Shown here piece by piece: positions 60,642 to 64,000 of a DNA stretch of 64,000 nucleotides. The DNA is from Ramazzottius varieornatus. Its lineage: Eukaryota > Animalia > Tardigrada. The position numbers were made by a program, and so were the translations under genes. Within the stretch, counting starts at the first letter, position 1. Each line of letters opens with the position of its first letter. Under the pieces are notes generated by a model. That model saw nothing but the letters and a program-made list of their open reading frames with translations. It ran no database searches and was not told the origin of the DNA. The stretch lies in contig BDGG01000003.1 of NCBI GenBank assembly GCA_001949185.1, positions 1,033,530 through 1,097,529 of the forward strand, in the 5' to 3' direction.

Positions 60642-62681
60642 ATGTGGAGGAATTTTGTGAGTCCACTTTTTATTATCGTACTGTACCACATCTCAGGGAC
60701 CACTGCCACCATCCGGTATTATTCCTCGTACACCTCATATGGAACGGTTAGTTCGAACCAACATTGTCGTAGTCCGCTGTCTGATTCCACCACGCTCCTA
60801 CTTTTCATCTCTACAGGGCGACACGACCATCCAGCTCTTTCACAATGCCGGCGGACCTTTACAACCTCATCAAAAATGGATTGCAGAGTGCTTTGACGGT
60901 AAAACATTTTTTTCTGTTTTTTCCGGCGCACCAGAAGATAACTCGTTCTTGTGTCCTCAGGTGAAGCGGCAACGGGAATACAGTGAGCTGCAACCAACAG
61001 AATCTTTTACCCAGAAAGCATTTTTTATAAACCGGATGACGAATACAGTACATGAGTAACCAGATGAGAATATCTAATTTCAGAGACCAGGTAGCCGACT
61101 ACAAGCGGATCACTGCTTTGTGGTGTCGGTTCACATTCGTGAATAAGCCAGCAAGTGGAGGTCGTTACCCATACTACCCAAGGTACGTCATCTCCAAGAA
61201 TTACTTCCGATTGAGGTGTCTGGCTGTGCTCATTATTCTTTTTCGATCAAGCTGTCATGTGCGAAACATGACCGACTTCTTCTTCTGTTTCGACCCTCAA
61301 CGATCAGCATTGACTGTCAACACCTTTATGACGGCTGTATGGGACTCCGAGTCGATGTTCTTCGTGAACCGGCTGGTTCGTGGTGGCCCAGATGCTGCTA
61401 ACGACACCATTCAACCGTACAAATGCTGCAAGACGCCACCAGGTTAGGATATCTACACAGCCACATTGATTAACACTTTCAGCACGATCGTTTTCATGTT
61501 TGCAGAATACTACCGTCATCTTTGTGTATACAGCAATTTTATTGGCTGGTACCGTGTTGCGGAGGCTGGTCCAACCAATAGGCAATTTTCGAAATTTCAT
61601 AATTCGGATAATTGGCAGGCCATGAACGCCAAATCTCGAAAAGGTCGTCCTGATTTTCTTCTGACCGCACTGATGACTACAAAATTTATCCCAGGCTCGG
61701 CTTCGGTAGATAAGACTATCCCCAGTGCTCCAGTTTTTTTCTAAGCGAATACCGTGCACGTGTCTCGCGCGAAGAGACGAAAGACCAAATTTCACCAAAA
61801 CCACCCGAAACCGTAGAAAAAATTTCCAGCGTACAAAAAAATTCTGCTGGCCGCTGGTCATTAAGGTGAATAAAACCGAGTGATTGTATACACAAAGAGG
61901 ACGGTCGTACGCAGAGTGTTAAAGTACCTGCACCATCTTTATATAGGCTACTACATTGACTACACCTCGTGCTACTACGTTCCGACTCATGATATCTATT
62001 GGGAGTACTACGACTCACCTTCGCACAACATTGTCTATTGTAGGCAAGTCTGAAGATCCGAGCTCTCAGAATTTTGTTGGTCTTGACGCCTTATCACGTG
62101 CTTTTTACACATTGATGTCCGATGTTTCATGTGTTATTCAGAAACGGATTCGTTATAACGGGATGGGCGAAAAAAGTAAATCCCTGGAACAAAGAATGGC
62201 ATTTGGACTGGCTTCAGTGTTGTCGGGTTCGATGCTCTTGCGTTTCTACCATTATACTGTAGTATAACCAAACCGGGAATTAAACATCCCGAGCTGTCGA
62301 CGCACTTGTCTGACTTGGTTTGTACTGTAGGTTGGGTATGGTCCTCCTGCTGGCGAACTCCCACCGGACAACCCCGTCCAGTCCGGAATGCCATCGTACT
62401 CACGCTTGTCCGAGGAAATACCAGCCGGGTACCGTCATCGGTACCGTCGCTCAACGCATGACGAAGACGAATACCTGATGCGAGAAATCCGCTCTGAACC
62501 CTATCACGAGTACTACAATATGAGTCTGGAGTCAACGTTATCGCGGACTTCCTTGTCCGAAAGCATGCGATACAGGCGCGAACCCATTCCTAAGATTTAC
62601 AAACCGGTGAATGCCAGGACGCCCGTACATTCGATAAATAGACCGATTGGGTGTGAGTCCACTCACGCGCCATTGCGCTAG
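60642..62681 (+). CDS. Secreted Cys-rich protein of unknown function (~8 exons, one GC-AG intron)
   Basis: Signal peptide; spliced WIAECFD|GEAATGIQ|, YPYYP|SCHVRN, QPYKCCKTPP|GYYIDYTSCYY, WEYYD, DWLQCCR|VGYG; resembles a multicopy tardigrade family as recalled; 3' end tentative. Confidence 0.75.
61474..61918 (-). mobile_element. piggyBac-like non-autonomous element, uninterrupted intronic copy
   Basis: TTAA at 61470-61473 and 61919-61922; high similarity to 1123-1652, ~87 bp shorter. Confidence 0.85.
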
Positions 62682-63658
62682 CTGATCTGTTGTTACTTAT
62701 CATTTGGAAACCTACGGATAGAGAGGGCAAATGAAAAAAATCATCTCGAACTGTCCGTTTTACTCCTGTGCAACTTAAAATGGCTACAAACATCAAGATG
62801 TTGGTCCTAGTGGGGAGGTCTGATGACCAACGCGCACCTTTGCGCACCCATAGGCACCAATAGACCACCCACACAAAAATTGATTATGCAACCGGAGTTC
62901 CATATCCAAACCAGAACGCGTCAGTGTGGGTTGACTACATAGTGGAAAATGTGTAAACAGTAATAATATCGAAAATGTCGAACAACAGCCTGTACGCCGA
63001 TTAAAATAGATGAAGGAGAACCAAGGTGTCCATACTGCACCCCTACTACTCGTATTCTCTGTGGGAGAACTGTCAATAACTCGGACCCACGTTCAGTTAA
63101 CGATACTAATCAGCGGAAGTAACCATCGAGGACATAAGGCGAGCTTCTTGATTTCCAGCCAAAAACGTGACGTTTCAGCCCGCTGGAGGCCTCTGCTGGC
63201 GGACGTAGAAGAGCCCTTAGCCGATCGTTTGATCGCTCTGACTGAGGACTATCCGCAATGATCGGACTGAAAGCCGGCAGAGCTTGCCATGCAGCAGTAA
63301 ATTGCTGATTCATACGGGTGCCTAGCAAGCTCTTGCGGATAGTTCCATCATACCAAATTGCTCTTATTGCTGGCCGTGCTGGCTCCAGTGTTGAACAAGT
63401 ACGGGTATCAGTGAGACTTTTAGCTGGCGTACCGGGTAAAGTATACTTCGTACAACTTTCAACTTTTGAATCAAACAGGATTAACAGGATTAGTAATTGA
63501 GGTGAGGTACCTCGAGCACGTGTTTTACTTCAGGCTGTCTGAGATGGCCAAAAGCTTCGATAAATAAAAATAGACTCTTGATCCACCTGTCCTGTTTGTT
63601 TGTCAGTAGTCTTCTCCAAACTTGCGGCTGAAAGCTTTACGCGATATCTGGACGGAAG

Positions 63659-64000
63659 ATGCGTTTCCCGACAGTAGTTGGGCTCGTTGTGGCGGCGCTA
63701 TTGGTAGCGCTTTTTGCCAACGCAGCTCCATCTGGCAAAGGTAGGAGCATAATGTTGTACTCTCCCCGAAGGTGTTATATTGTTCGGACGGCAAAGACTA
63801 AATTCCGTGGAGTTTTCAAATTGAATGCTCATGGTATCTTTTTGTGTCTGAAGGTTCATCCAACAAGATGGCGGTCGGCAATCCTCAAGAAAGCCTGAAC
63901 CAGTTTTCGATAGACTTTTACAAGCAGATCACAGCCGACGCCAGTGAGACCACCAACGCCTTCTTCTCACCCATCAGCATCGCTTCGGCCTTGTTGCTGG
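63659..64000 (+). CDS. Serpin, 5' part (runs off the window)
   Basis: Signal peptide exon, then SLNQFSIDFYKQI...NAFFSPISIASALLL (helix A, s6B, helix B). Confidence 0.85.

Overview
Eukaryotic (metazoan) genomic DNA, gene-dense with short GT-AG introns. The gene content suggests a tardigrade; this is inference from family content, not proven. Intact multi-exon genes: a His/Arg-rich secreted prepropeptide, an ABCG half-transporter with degenerate ATPase motifs, a two-pore (K2P) K+ channel, a cyclase-less natriuretic-peptide-receptor-like protein, sialate O-acetylesterase, a PC1/furin-type proprotein convertase, a secreted Cu/Zn SOD, a C1orf50/DUF2452 homologue, a soluble cysteine-free Cys-loop-receptor ligand-binding-domain protein, a class A GPCR, a kinase-less Mad3/BUB1-domain protein, GMDS, a Cys-rich secreted protein and the 5' end of a serpin. 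There is also a single-exon Gly/Tyr/Asn-rich secreted protein. Decayed copies of an SDR, a SOD and a GPCR are present, along with many non-autonomous DNA transposons, including a hAT element nested inside a piggyBac-like element. The main hidden feature is the ORF-poor stretch ~55.6-58.4 kb. It reads as a spliced non-coding snoRNA host gene whose 10 consecutive introns each hold one snoRNA (8 box C/D, 2 box H/ACA) with guides complementary to conserved rRNA sites. rRNA target sequences and yeast/human numbering are recalled from memory and need verification. Exon boundaries were read by eye.
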